A stretch of 36,573 bases of DNA from Chiloscyllium plagiosum. Taxonomy: Eukaryota. Where the stretch lies: NCBI RefSeq assembly GCF_004010195.1, contig NC_057758.1, positions 4,433,231-4,469,803 of the forward strand. Reading direction: 5' to 3'. Under the pieces are notes generated by a model. The model was not told the DNA's origin and ran no database searches. It saw nothing but the letters and a program-made list of their open reading frames with translations. The position numbers were made by a program, and so were the translations under genes. The first letter of the stretch is position 1. Every line of letters begins with the position of its first letter. This document shows positions 22,113-32,543 of this stretch, piece by piece.

Positions 22113-23118
22113 CTAACTTAACAGTGATTGTGGTTCTGAAATGAGGCAAATCTCAATACCCCGTATGTACGAATCAGCGTCCAGTGGGACAAGTGAGGAT
22201 TTCAGATGCTGCAGATCAGAGGAGAAAAGTGTGGCACTGCAATGTCCTGATGAATGGCATATGCCTGAAGCTTACACTTTCCTGCAACTCGGATGCTGCA
22301 TGATCTTATGCTATCCAAGGGAACAACTTTTGACACACTATCTAGTGGTAATCGCATCAGTGGATCTACTGCTCATCATTTCAGTGCTACACTAAATCGA
22401 AGTAATACATTTATTTCCTAGCAACAATCTGTTCATTACTCCTCTGTGTTCTCTAAATCGATTTCTCTTTTGTAGCTATTGATTGTTCTATTCGGTTCAC
22501 AGTCGCTTTCTCCTTTGATTTGTTTGGAAACATCAAATTACATCACTGATAAAACAGCAATCCCGGTGATTGCAAATGTGAGCATTGTTAATTGTTAGGC
22601 GTCACTTACTTGGTACTTTCTTTTGTTCCTTCTGTAATATTGGCGATTTGCCATAGCTTTGGAAGCAGACTCATGACTATTTCACTTTAGCAGTTTAGAT
22701 AGTCTATGAGTGATTTGGCTGTCTCCTAACATCTATGCTTCCAAGGATTTGCATTTTGTTGCTCAATGTTATAAGTATAAGTTATATTTGCATAGTCAAA
22801 CGATTCCACAGGGTTTCCCATGGTCACGGGAAGAAAAAAGGAAAATTATCCTGGAATTGAAATGAAGAATTGATCGAAAATTGCAATGTTCGCGTTGTCC
22901 TCCAATTTAATGCCATTGTTGTTAAATTATGTTGTGCATTCCATAGACTGGTCAGTTGGGAACTTAATTCGATAAAAAAAACTTAGTGATTTCTTGTACG
23001 TGTCCAACATTTGTGTCCAAAGTTTCTGAGTGGAAGAAAGAATAAGTGCAATGTCAATCTAACCCAAAGAATGTGCAGTGAGGAATTAAGGAATGTCATG
23101 AATGCCAAGTTACTATGA
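22113..23118 (+). pseudogene. Decayed paralogue of the GPR139/142-like exon at 5584-6482
   Basis: Collinear matches to the intact exon: NLTVIVVLK*GKSQYPVCT vs NLITIRILSRGGCGLSNCI (22115-22171); THYLVVIASVDLLLII vs RSYLIAMAASDLLVII (from 22333); DCSIRFTVAFSFDLF vs DCSVWFTVAFTFDRF (from 22481); V*IVYE*FGCLLTSMLPRICILLLN vs VWVSVEFLHNILTPCVPFLLILLFN (from 22693); NKCNVNLTQRMCSEELRNVM vs NTCVYVMTQSKFREQLKNML (from 23041). AG at 22111-22112 sits at the same phase-1 position. Multiple stops and frameshifts. Confidence 0.9.
22188..22332. mobile_element. Penelope pLTR-derived insertion within the GPCR pseudogene
   Basis: Starts GACAAGTGAGGATTTCAGATGCTGCAGA (inverse of the 4950-4980 terminus), contains CCTGATGAATGGCATATGCCTGAAG and GGATGCTGCATGATC. 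Interrupts the GPCR alignment between ICL1 and TM2. Confidence 0.8.
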
Positions 23119-23274
23119 CTTCTACACTTCTGAAATGAGAATTAAAGCTAAAGATTTGGAATGCTACTATATATTCTGGTTTTTAATATTTAGTCGTGGA
23201 CTGCTACTGCATGTTCAATGCAATGCGACATCTTCCATAGGCATATGTTCAGAATAGTTCCATTTTATATAGTT

Positions 23275-23355
23275 AACAATCCCACAACATCAGGTTATAG
23301 TCCAACAGGTTTATATGCAAGTACAATCTTTCTGACCACTGCTCCTTCGTCAGAG
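23275..23355 (-). mobile_element. Penelope terminal remnant (second pLTR type) with hammerhead-like core
   Basis: Minus strand CTGACGAAGGAGCAGTGGTCAGAAAG...AAACCTGTTGGACTATAACCTGATGTTGTG. Related to 25527-25605. Confidence 0.7.
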
Positions 23356-23559
23356 CTGCTTTTTAAACAACTGAAACTCCACATCTGCTCCTTTCAGATA
23401 TATTTTGAAACAGGACGTTATATGTCTTCAAGCTCATAGTGCACCATGCAACTCAAGTATGCCTCGTCACAAGCAAAGTCCAGTGAGTTTCTGAAAAGAA
23501 ATGAAATAAACTATAGGGTGGATATTTGGAACAAAAATAATAATTGCTGCAGTAAATCC

Positions 23560-23720
23560 ACAAATATGGTAAAAACCTGTTAGAAGAAAGCGGAGTTAAA
23601 GCTTTATGTTGAGTGACATCTCCAGAACGATTAATGACTCGAAACGTCAAATCTACTTCCTTCCCTAAGATGCCAACAGACCTGCTGAGTTTCTCCAGCA
23701 GTTTTCCTTTATTTTTGCTT
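23560..23720. mobile_element. Degenerate Penelope pLTR-derived remnant
   Basis: GACTCGAAACGTCAAATC...AGATGCCAACAGACCTGCTGAGTTTCTCCAGCA matches the pLTR layout seen elsewhere in the window. Confidence 0.6.
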
Positions 23721-24009
23721 CAGTGAAATTCCAATCACGGTTTTCCACACCAAGTGATAATTTCTGGATAGAGTTATCCAACAATCGGTTATATACATGT
23801 GTTATTATACCCCTCCTTCGTCATATTGAGATTAGTTCAATGGTGGAAGGTTTAACAACCAATTGAAATTTGACTATCAAAAGGCAAGTATTAACAATGT
23901 ATGTGTTCACATAGTTTTCAAGTAGATGTAATTACGTACGTCAAATTCTATACTTTGAAAACGTTTGTTTGATATTTACAATTGGTATTCACACAAATTT
24001 GTCGGGTTT

Positions 24010-24122
24010 CGGCCTTAAACTTTGATTTTCCTACTCATCCGATGCTGTCTGACCTGTTGTGCTTTTCCAGCTTCACATTTGTTATGTCTCTGGCTTCCAT
24101 TATCTGCACTACTTCCTGTCTT
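24010..24122 (+). mobile_element. Penelope pLTR-derived remnant
   Basis: GATTTTCCTACTCATCCGATGCTGTCTGACCTGTTGTGCTTTTCCAGC...TTCCATTATCTGCAC, similar to 26370-26460. Confidence 0.7.
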
Positions 24123-24329
24123 CCAGTTAACCCCGTTGCGATTGTAGCTGTCAATCTCCAATTCTATAATAAACTTGTATTCATTTCGCTGACTCTGTCC
24201 TATGCATGGTCATTGCTTCAGAATCTCCGGACTTTGGGAAATCGTCTAAGCTGCACTATTGGATGTCTGGCTTTCATAATCTCACCGTACTGCACATGGC
24301 CCATTTCACCCAAAACATAATCTTTGCTC

Positions 24330-24822
24330 ATAGTACACAGAACAGTGCAGCCCCGTGCCAAACCTTCGGCCCTCTTTGTTGTACCAGCCTTTTATCACAC
24401 TCTAAGTTTAGACAAAACTACATATTTTTCATTGTACTATATTCCAACCGTCAATTCATAGTCTCTTAAAAGGCACGAATGCATCTGACTCGAATACCAC
24501 TGCCGGCACCCACCAATCCCTATGTAAAGAACGTGGTCTGATGTCTCCACTAAACCGGCTTCCTTAAAGTTATGACGCTCATGATAGATATTTCTGCCAT
24601 TGTAAGAGCTCTTTGGCTATCCAACCTATCTTTGCCGCTCAACGTCTTGTACTCCTCTATCAAGTCATCTCTCATCCTTCTTCGCTCCAATGGGAAAATC
24701 ACGAGATGCGTCAACATTTCTTCATAAGACATGCCTTTCAGTCCAAGCAGCATCCTGGTGAATATGGCCTGGATGCTCTCTAAAGCTTCCTCATCATTCC
24801 TGCAATGAAACCACCAGAACTC
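24330..24822 (-). mobile_element. 5'-truncated CR1 LINE 3' fragment
   Basis: MLLGLKGMSYEEMLTHLVIFPLERRRMRDDLIEEYKTL (24550-24753 -) followed by a CR1-type 3' UTR. Confidence 0.88.
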
Positions 24823-25526
24823 AATTAGATTTCAATCTGGAAATCGTTCCTGGGTAGCTGCTGTTCTGTGTCTAAAGCATTCTATAACGTTTGATCACAT
24901 TTTTTTCTGTAACTCACTCCAGGTGACCTGTTATTCTAGATATATGCCGTCCTGATCACTTTGATAAGATTCCAGTCTCTAACCCATGTCAGGATATCTC
25001 TGTTTCAATATATAAACCACCACTATCCCTTTGTGAAGGGTTCAGTAGAATAATACAAGGCAAGAAAAACGGAGAGGGTTCATTAAGACAGGGAACCGTA
25101 ATCAGAGAAGATTCAATGTTTCCAGTGACAATAATATGAATAAAAGGGAATTAAAGAGAGTACGTAGGTGTGTCCATTTAACATCGTAAAAGCGCTTCAG
25201 TGCATAGCAGGGGGAACCACCAAATATTGACATTTGGTCTGAAGTATTTAACTGAACAGATAATTGTGAAATACTTACCTGAATCCGTCAGTTTCACGTA
25301 TTTGTCAATAAATTGATAACTGCAGCCTGAATATGCCTGACATATCAATAAACTGACAATTGCATCCTGTGCATTTTAGTTTGAAAACTGAATCCAGTAA
25401 ATTTTAAACCTTTTAGTGCCTTGATACCTGTATCCTGAACATGTTGATATTGCTAATGAGCAGTCTGTTAAACGGATTAGCCATGCTTTGGAGATGCATG
25501 TGTTGGATGAGAGTGTAAAAAATTAA

Positions 25527-25790
25527 AATTCACATTACCCCGGGTTATCGTCCAACTGGTCCACCTGAACGGACATACTTTCGGAGCGCTGCACCCCCAT
25601 CAGCAATCAAATGGTAAAATACCACAGGGCACAAAATTCACGTAAACATCAAAATGTCGCAAAACTGATGTGATGCATCGAATAAACCCAGACCATCATC
25701 AAGTCTCCAATAACATGTAATGTGGATGCAAATGTCGACCTATCCATTCAAAAATCCTAGAACTTCCTTCAAGTTGTATTTCATATGCTG
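25527..25790 (-). mobile_element. Penelope-type terminal fragment
   Basis: Minus strand CTGATGGGGGTGCAGCGCTCCGAAAG...GTTGGACGATAACCCGGGG, same terminus type as 23275-23355. Confidence 0.6.
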
Positions 25791-25879
25791 TCCATTCCTT
25801 CGCATGTTTTCTGCTGTAAGGTTGCTGTCTGCAAAATCGACAGCTCTTACACGTTCACCAGTCTATGCACTCTCACAAA

Positions 25880-27680
25880 GTATACCGAATTGTTTGTGTT
25901 GATGTTTTTGCTGTTGGAGTCCAGGACCTGTTCGGTGTGTGTGGCTTTGCTGTACGCTTGTATGGTGCATTCACCGCTTTGTGTTCCTCTTACTACCACA
26001 TCTCGGAATGGGAGTTGATGGTTTGTGTCCTCCTCTCTCAGAAACCTTACCTGTGATCATGGTGTTGATACATTTGCGTGTTTTCTCAATTTCTTTTGTC
26101 TTAGTGATAACCGAAGTGTTGTCGAAAATCTGACACAGAGCTTGCGTTGGATTTGTGGCAAGGTTATTTGTTCCAGTCTTTGAATCACTGATTCTGCTAT
26201 GAGGCCAGGGATGGGTGTGCCAATGGGTATTCAATTGATCTGTTCTTACACATGTGTCGAGAGTGTGATGCTAGAAAGCACGGCAGGTCAAGCAGCATCC
26301 ACGGAGCGGGGAAATCAATGTTTCAAAGGGCTTTCATTGGGAATGATCCAGGGTTTTTGTCTGAAACGTCGATTTTCCTACATTTCGGATGCTGCTGGAC
26401 CTGATGTGCTTTTCCAGCCCCGCACTCTCGACTATAATCTCCAGCATCTGCATGCCTCACTTTTGCCTTGTTCCTTACTGTGGTTGTTGAATGTGTAGTG
26501 TGTCGTCAAACACAGGGCTAGTAATTTAAGTATGCCGTCCTTGTTCATCTCGTCCCCATACTTTTGTCCGTTCTGCGAATCCTGGAGATTGGCTGTAGCT
26601 TCTCTGCTTTGAGCTTTGTCAATTAAAGTGAACAGTGCCATTATGTCAAATAAGACTTTTGCTTCGTCCTTGTCTATCGTTACGTTCTTGATCTTATCTA
26701 GGAATCCCTATCATGATTCTATGGAGTGTTTGGATCCGCAGACAAGATGTTTTAGTTTTTGTTCAAGTTCTTTCGCCAGTTTATGCAATGGAGTTCAAGG
26801 GAGTGTCAAAATGTATCTAAGTGATACATTTGGTTTGTGTACTTCAGGTAATCCGTAAAATCATGTGGTGTTGTTGTTGTTTCTTGGTTGCATTCTTTCT
26901 AGGTCAGTGCTGATTATTTGTCCATTTATTTGAGGTCCCATCCGGTGTTGTTAATTTTATTGGTTAGCTGTGACCCTTCTTTGTGAGCAGTGAAAACTGG
27001 GATCCTTTGTAGCATGGATTCACACTGCTTCTGTAGGTAGGTGTCGTTATCTGCAATTAGTTCTTCTACTTTCTGGATATGTTCGGTCTTTTCCATGATA
27101 ACCGTTGCCTTTGTCCGCTAGTACAATGATTATGTTCTTGTCATTTTTGAGTATTGTTAGGGCTTCTCTCTCTCTGGGGTTGACGTTGTTCATTTGATTT
27201 TTTCCTTGTTCGTCAGCATATAATACATAGTCTGACTGTTTGTTGTTTCTTTACAGTTTGTCTGTTAGTTCAGAGTGTATATTCTTGTACACCGAGAAAG
27301 TTTGTTCTATTTGTTTTCCTGCAGATGTAGTTGAGCCCCTTGGCTAGTGTGACTTTTTTCTGTGTCTGTAAGCTGTCCGTTGGAGTAGTTTTTTCGCCAA
27401 GTGTTTGTCGTGTTGACTTCTCTGTTGTTGGTTAGCTTTGACACTTTTTTCTGGTAGCGCCGTTCTATTTCTGTATGATGCTCTATTCTGTATTCTGGTG
27501 GTGACGTATTTAAGTGTCGTGATCCATTTCTGATTGATTGTTTTAGAAACTTTTGGTATCCAGCAACTTGCCTGCACCTGTATAGTTTGTTTTGGGCGAC
27601 CGTAATCATAACCTGGTTCATCGTGAGACCGTTTTGGCTGAGTGTTGCCTTGGCTTGTTGCTTGTTGATTGGTCATTCGT
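25880..27680 (-). mobile_element. Penelope-like element, N-terminal and RT region, decayed, interrupted at 26256-26468
   Basis: Minus strand MALFTLIDK..NKDGILKLLALCLTTHYTFNN [insert] EQIN*IPIGTPIPGLIAESVIQRLEQ..IFDNTSVIT (decayed YVDD)..HQLPFRDVVV..YSKATHTEQVL. FYGLPEVHKPN motif near 26830-26860. Confidence 0.88.
26256..26468. mobile_element. Palindromic Penelope pLTR-derived element nested in the Penelope RT
   Basis: GTCGAGAGTGTGATGCTAGAAAGCACGGCAGGTCAAGCAGCATCC inverts to GGATGCTGCTGGACCTGATGTGCTTTTCCAGCCCCGCACTCTCGAC. Flanked by TGTTCTTAC (26241) and TGTTCCTTAC (26469). Confidence 0.88.
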
Positions 27681-27691
27681 ATCTGAGGCAG

Positions 27692-28895
27692 GACAACAAG
27701 GGCTACATACTCAAAGTGCTCGACCTGTGCTTGTCGACACATTTCACATTCAAAAACCAAATACATGAACAGATACCTGGAGTAATTAAGGGTTCAATCG
27801 TCTCTGAGTTAATAACAGACGCAGTAATGCAATGACTGGAAAAATAAACTCCTACAAATGCAGCCTAAACTCTGGTTCAGATACGTGGAGGATGTTTCAC
27901 TTATCATGAAAAGAACAGAAATCGACAACACACACTGAATATTTGACACCATGCTTATAAGGTTTAGATTTCGGAGAAAGGGGAAAGCAACAAACAAATC
28001 CTATTAGATATGATCGCAGAAGCAATACAAAACATTGATAGCAATGCAAACGTGTACAGGAAAGTCACAATCATCAACGAGATCTGGAACGACAAAAGCA
28101 ACAACCGAACACACACAAGAGGCGCTGCATTCGGACCCTGGTCAAAGACCAACAACACATTGCAGAACTCCCGACAATGAAGGGAAGAAAAATAACACTT
28201 CTACAGACTTTTTGTCAAGAACGGATACCTCGGCAATTTCATCTGCAGACACCCAACTTGCAAACTACGCGAAGAGGGCATGGCACAAGCTCACTCACTC
28301 GTCTGAAACGTTTTACATATTTAGCCTTTCACAACCTTCTCCGACCACTGGGATTCATGACACCCACAAACCGAGAAGCACACTCATACAAAGACTCACC
28401 AGAAAACCAAGCTCTATACCCATCATGTGCAAGAGAAATATCATTTACAATCTTCCATGGAAAGGCTGCACGCAACGCTCCAGAGGACAAACAAGCAGAC
28501 CGGTATCAATCCACATACATGAACAAAAAATTAATAGTATCCACCACGTCCAGCAGCTCCGAGAAGGCACGCACATAGATAACAAGGACCAAAATTCGAC
28601 TGGGACAACATAATTATAATAGGACAAACTAAACAGAGAACAGACATTAAATTCATAGAGGAATGGCAGTCATCCACGGACTCCATCAAAAAACCGAGAC
28701 CTAATCCCAATATACCGTCAATGACAATGAACTACTTCAACCAGCAACTGGAAGCAAAGAAACGGAAGGACATAAATTCCAGTAAACACAGTAAAGTAGC
28801 ACTTAGCTGGAGACTTCTAAACACTAAGAATGTCACGTCGACAAGGGGAAAAGACGTCTGCAAATCAACCTTCTGTCTCGGTGAACATACCCACG
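27692..28895 (+). mobile_element. Penelope-like element, RT core to GIY-YIG and terminus, decayed
   Basis: NKGYILKVLDLCLSTHFTFKNQIHEQI..DAVMQ*, QPKLWFRYVEDV (YVDD-like), VYRKVT, NIIYNLPWKGCTQRSRGQTSR..IHEQ (degenerate GIY-YIG). Confidence 0.9.
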
Positions 28896-29374
28896 AATAT
28901 GGCAATTGTAGATATTGTATCTGAGGTAGTTGCACGTACAGTTATGTCCGAAAAATATCACTAAAAGCATGAGAGAAACGGATTCCAAAAATAAAATTCA
29001 GAACACACCAGTCTCAGATAGTAAAAACTGCCCATATATCATGACAGAAAGAAGTGAGACATCGGTACAGAAACTGGCAGGCTTTGGAGTGAACGATTAA
29101 TGAACACATCTTAAGATACCTCAGGATAATGATAAGGTTGTCCAGTGAAAATGTAAAGGAAAAAAGAGAACTGCTCACATTTCGTCAGGTGAAGAATTCT
29201 AATGTTGTGGCTAACCTGATACCTTTGTTAGTACTGACATTGCTACAATGAGAGAAACTCAATTTCCTTTGTATTTTGACATTGATAATGCATTTACAAA
29301 TTCCGTAAGTGACAGGAAGTGTCTAACTGATGGACGTTTAATATGTCGCAGCGGGCAAATTTCTAGAAAGAAAT

Positions 29375-29470
29375 AGGCAAAAATGACTACTGCAGATGCT
29401 GGAAACCAGAATCTCGATTAGAGTGGTGCTGGGAAAGCACAGCAGGTCAGGGAGCATCCGAGGAGCAAGA
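29375..29470 (-). mobile_element. Penelope pLTR-derived remnant
   Basis: ACTGCAGATGCTGGAAACCAGA...ATTAGAGTGGTGCTGGGAAAGCACAGCAGGTCAGGGAGCATCCGAGGAGCA, the inverse of the terminus at 4905-4980. Confidence 0.8.
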
Positions 29471-30119
29471 CGAAATACCCGTAAATACAGTCTGCATTAT
29501 GAAAACACTTAAGAAGGGAAAGGAAATGGTCTGATAAACAAAATGAAATCATAAATGACGGTGAGTTGATCACAAGCCTTTCCATCCTTGCTGTACAGTC
29601 ATCAGCGTAGCTTAATTTAGAACTGAATGGGATTAATTCTGAATTTAGTTCAATTGTAAATGCTGAAGACCATCTGACAGAGGTGCATTAAACACATGGT
29701 TTTCTTTGTTCAGTGAAGTGTTGTCTTGATTTTCAGAGGTTTTTCCCATCAGTGTAAATGCAATTGGCGATGCTGAAAATTAACCTTTGGATATTGAGTG
29801 AATCATCTGGTAATTTGACTCCATAAACAAGATTATGATAAACATGGGCAGTGTGGATTGCAAACATCTGCTCTCCTTCGTCGAAATTTCAATAGCAAGG
29901 CAGTATAAAATTCAACTTGATAGACAGGAGGATGAGAGGGAATCTGAGGGAAACAAGCATTCACTCTGAGGGAGGGGTGGGTTTTAAGGGGGAGACATGA
30001 AATTCACTGTCTGGGTGGGTAGTTTACATCTTCACGTCACTCACGAGATTTGGACATTGTTCGATGGCAAGCATTTATTGCTCATCCGTATGTGCAAACT
30101 TGAAAAGTTTATATTGTTC

Positions 30120-30536
30120 TAGGCAATCTGGGACTCATTTCTTTAGAGTGGAGGAGACTGAGAGGGATCTTATTGAAATGTATTAGACGTGCGATGCATG
30201 GATGGGGTGTACACAGTCAGATTTTTACTCGGGTTCAAGGAAACAAGCACGAGTGGGCACCAGTTTAATGTCAGAGGGGAAGGAAGGAAGGGAAACTTGA
30301 GTGCCAACTCTGCTTTATGGAGGCTGGTATGCATGTGGATTAAGCTTCCAGTGGAAATATCTGCGATGTGCGCAACCACACCACTTAGCAGATATTTGGA
30401 CAAATATCCGAATACGACATGTTTAGAAGAAAATGGACCAGGTGCAGGGAAATGGAAGCAGGCTAATTGAACATTTTGGTCGGTATGGACCACTTTGAGC
30501 CAAAGGGCCTGACTCCGCACCGTAGATATCTATGAG
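30120..30536 (+). mobile_element. CR1 LINE 3' fragment
   Basis: LGLISLEWRRLRGILLKC.., GHQFNVRGE, RLVCMWIKLP, then a 3' UTR similar to 1230-1340. Confidence 0.82.
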
Positions 30537-30589
30537 CAGGAAGTTAGTTGCTTGTTACAATACTCCTCGCCTCCTTTTAATACTGCCCT

Positions 30590-30890
30590 AATGTGGCAAG
30601 TCCAGTTCAGTTTCTGTTCATTGGTAATCCCAAGGATTTAACGGTGAGTGATTCTGTGATTGTTACACGTTTTAATTGCAAGATGCTGTGGTTAGATTTT
30701 CTTCTGTTGTCAATCGCCTCAGCCAACCATTGCGTTGTGTGCATATTAATTGCCACTTGACAACACAAGTTTGGGTATTGTCCAGATATTTTACATTTGT
30801 CAATGGCCTGCTTCAGCAACTGAAGTGTCGTAAATGGCATTGAACGTTATGCAAACGTTGATGATAAATCCCACTCTTGACATTATGAAG
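30590..30890 (-). mobile_element. Old L2/CR1-group RT fragment
   Basis: Minus strand resembles the post-YADD RT segment (ITESLTVKSLG..). Highly diverged. Confidence 0.5.
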
Positions 30891-31224
30891 GTGATGGGTT
30901 TGATTCCCGTGTTAGAATTATTGTCTTATGGGGAGAGGTTTAAGAAGGGTTGATCCGGTACTCATTGAAGCTCCGAAGAACGCAATGAGGCCTTAATGGT
31001 GCGTAGAACGTGGAAATATGCAGAGGTTATTTTTCCGTTCCTGAGAATGCAGGACCAAGTGGACATCCTCTATTATTACGAATACGGTAGAGTTAAGAGC
31101 AGATGGTATTGCTCTATGATTCTATCATGCTCTCCAATGAGAAACGAACGCAGTTCAGAATTGGTCATGAATGCAATGAGTTTTATTCACAACAACGCAG
31201 GAAGCAGTGAACGAGCTGTTTACG

Positions 31225-31724
31225 NNNNNNNNNNNNNNNNNNNNNNNNNNNNNNNNNNNNNNNNNNNNNNNNNNNNNNNNNNNNNNNNNNNNNNNNNNNN
31301 NNNNNNNNNNNNNNNNNNNNNNNNNNNNNNNNNNNNNNNNNNNNNNNNNNNNNNNNNNNNNNNNNNNNNNNNNNNNNNNNNNNNNNNNNNNNNNNNNNNN
31401 NNNNNNNNNNNNNNNNNNNNNNNNNNNNNNNNNNNNNNNNNNNNNNNNNNNNNNNNNNNNNNNNNNNNNNNNNNNNNNNNNNNNNNNNNNNNNNNNNNNN
31501 NNNNNNNNNNNNNNNNNNNNNNNNNNNNNNNNNNNNNNNNNNNNNNNNNNNNNNNNNNNNNNNNNNNNNNNNNNNNNNNNNNNNNNNNNNNNNNNNNNNN
31601 NNNNNNNNNNNNNNNNNNNNNNNNNNNNNNNNNNNNNNNNNNNNNNNNNNNNNNNNNNNNNNNNNNNNNNNNNNNNNNNNNNNNNNNNNNNNNNNNNNNN
31701 NNNNNNNNNNNNNNNNNNNNNNNN
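31225..31724. other. Assembly gap (500 N)
   Basis: Directly visible. The round length suggests a placeholder size. Confidence 0.99.
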
Positions 31725-32265
31725 AAAATGAAGGGAAGGCCACAATTGGGTGAGCTAGACTTTGATGAATGGCAGAGTGGACTTGATGGGCAAGTGGACT
31801 CTCATATTCTCCTCTATTGTTCAGACAGTAACTCGCCTCCCTCACGCTGTGCATTCTGGTTCTACAGATTAGTTTTAACCAAGTGAAGACCCTTCAACAT
31901 CCTTGTGGCTTCCACCGTGCACAGCTCAGGATCAGGAACATGGAACTGATACGTCACTGAATGTTGGGAAGCTGACCATTCAGGGAACTGCACAGAGGTT
32001 AGAACATGTCACAGTGAATATGTACACTGTCCATGGACTCCTCCTGACTGCAAACATAACCTGCAGTCCGGATGGAAGGGAAGCTGCTAAAAAGGAATCA
32101 TAATTCAGCTGTTCACATTTGTGAAAGAATCAAGAATGGTGAGGCACCGATGCAAGGTAATTGGCAACGATGCAAATGCGACATTTGGACAAACCATTTT
32201 CATTCTGCAATAGGTTGAGATTAGGAATCCACTGCTAATGGAGCCAGGTACAATGAAGTGAACAT

Positions 32266-32543
32266 TGGATTCCCTACAGTGTGGAAACAGGCCCTTCGGC
32301 CCAACAAGTCCACACCGACCCACCGAAGAGCAAGCTACCCAGACCCATTCCCCTACACCTAACACTACGGGCAACTTAGCATGGCCAATTCATCTAACCT
32401 GCACATTTTTGGACAGTGGGAGGAAACCTCCGCAGACATGTGGAGAATGTGCAAACTCCACACAGACAGTTGCTCAAGGTGGGAATTGAACCAGGGTGGC
32501 AGGCGCTGTGAGGTAGCTGTGCTAACCACTCTGCCACCATGCC
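32266..32543 (-). mobile_element. tRNA-derived SINE (HE1/V-SINE type)
   Basis: Minus strand GGCATGGTGGCAGAGTGGTTAGCACAGCTACCTCACAGCGCC..GGTTCAATTCC (A and B boxes), V-domain, tail TTGGGCCGAAGGGCCTGTTTCCACACTGTAGGGAATCC. Confidence 0.93.

Noticed and set aside
23982..24320. Hydrophobic ORF containing PVNPVAIV, reminiscent of the GPCR TM1
   Set aside because: The first half is a Penelope pLTR remnant and no TM2/TM3 motifs follow.
25271..25281. ATACTTACCTG: U1 snRNA 5' end, or a perfect minus-strand donor CAG|GTAAGTAT
   Set aside because: No U1 body follows. The upstream minus-strand frame has a stop and no recognisable domain, so no exon can be supported.
28035..28613. 192-aa ORF as a possible novel gene
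   Set aside because: Mostly an off-frame read of the decayed Penelope ORF that enters the GIY-YIG frame only near its end.
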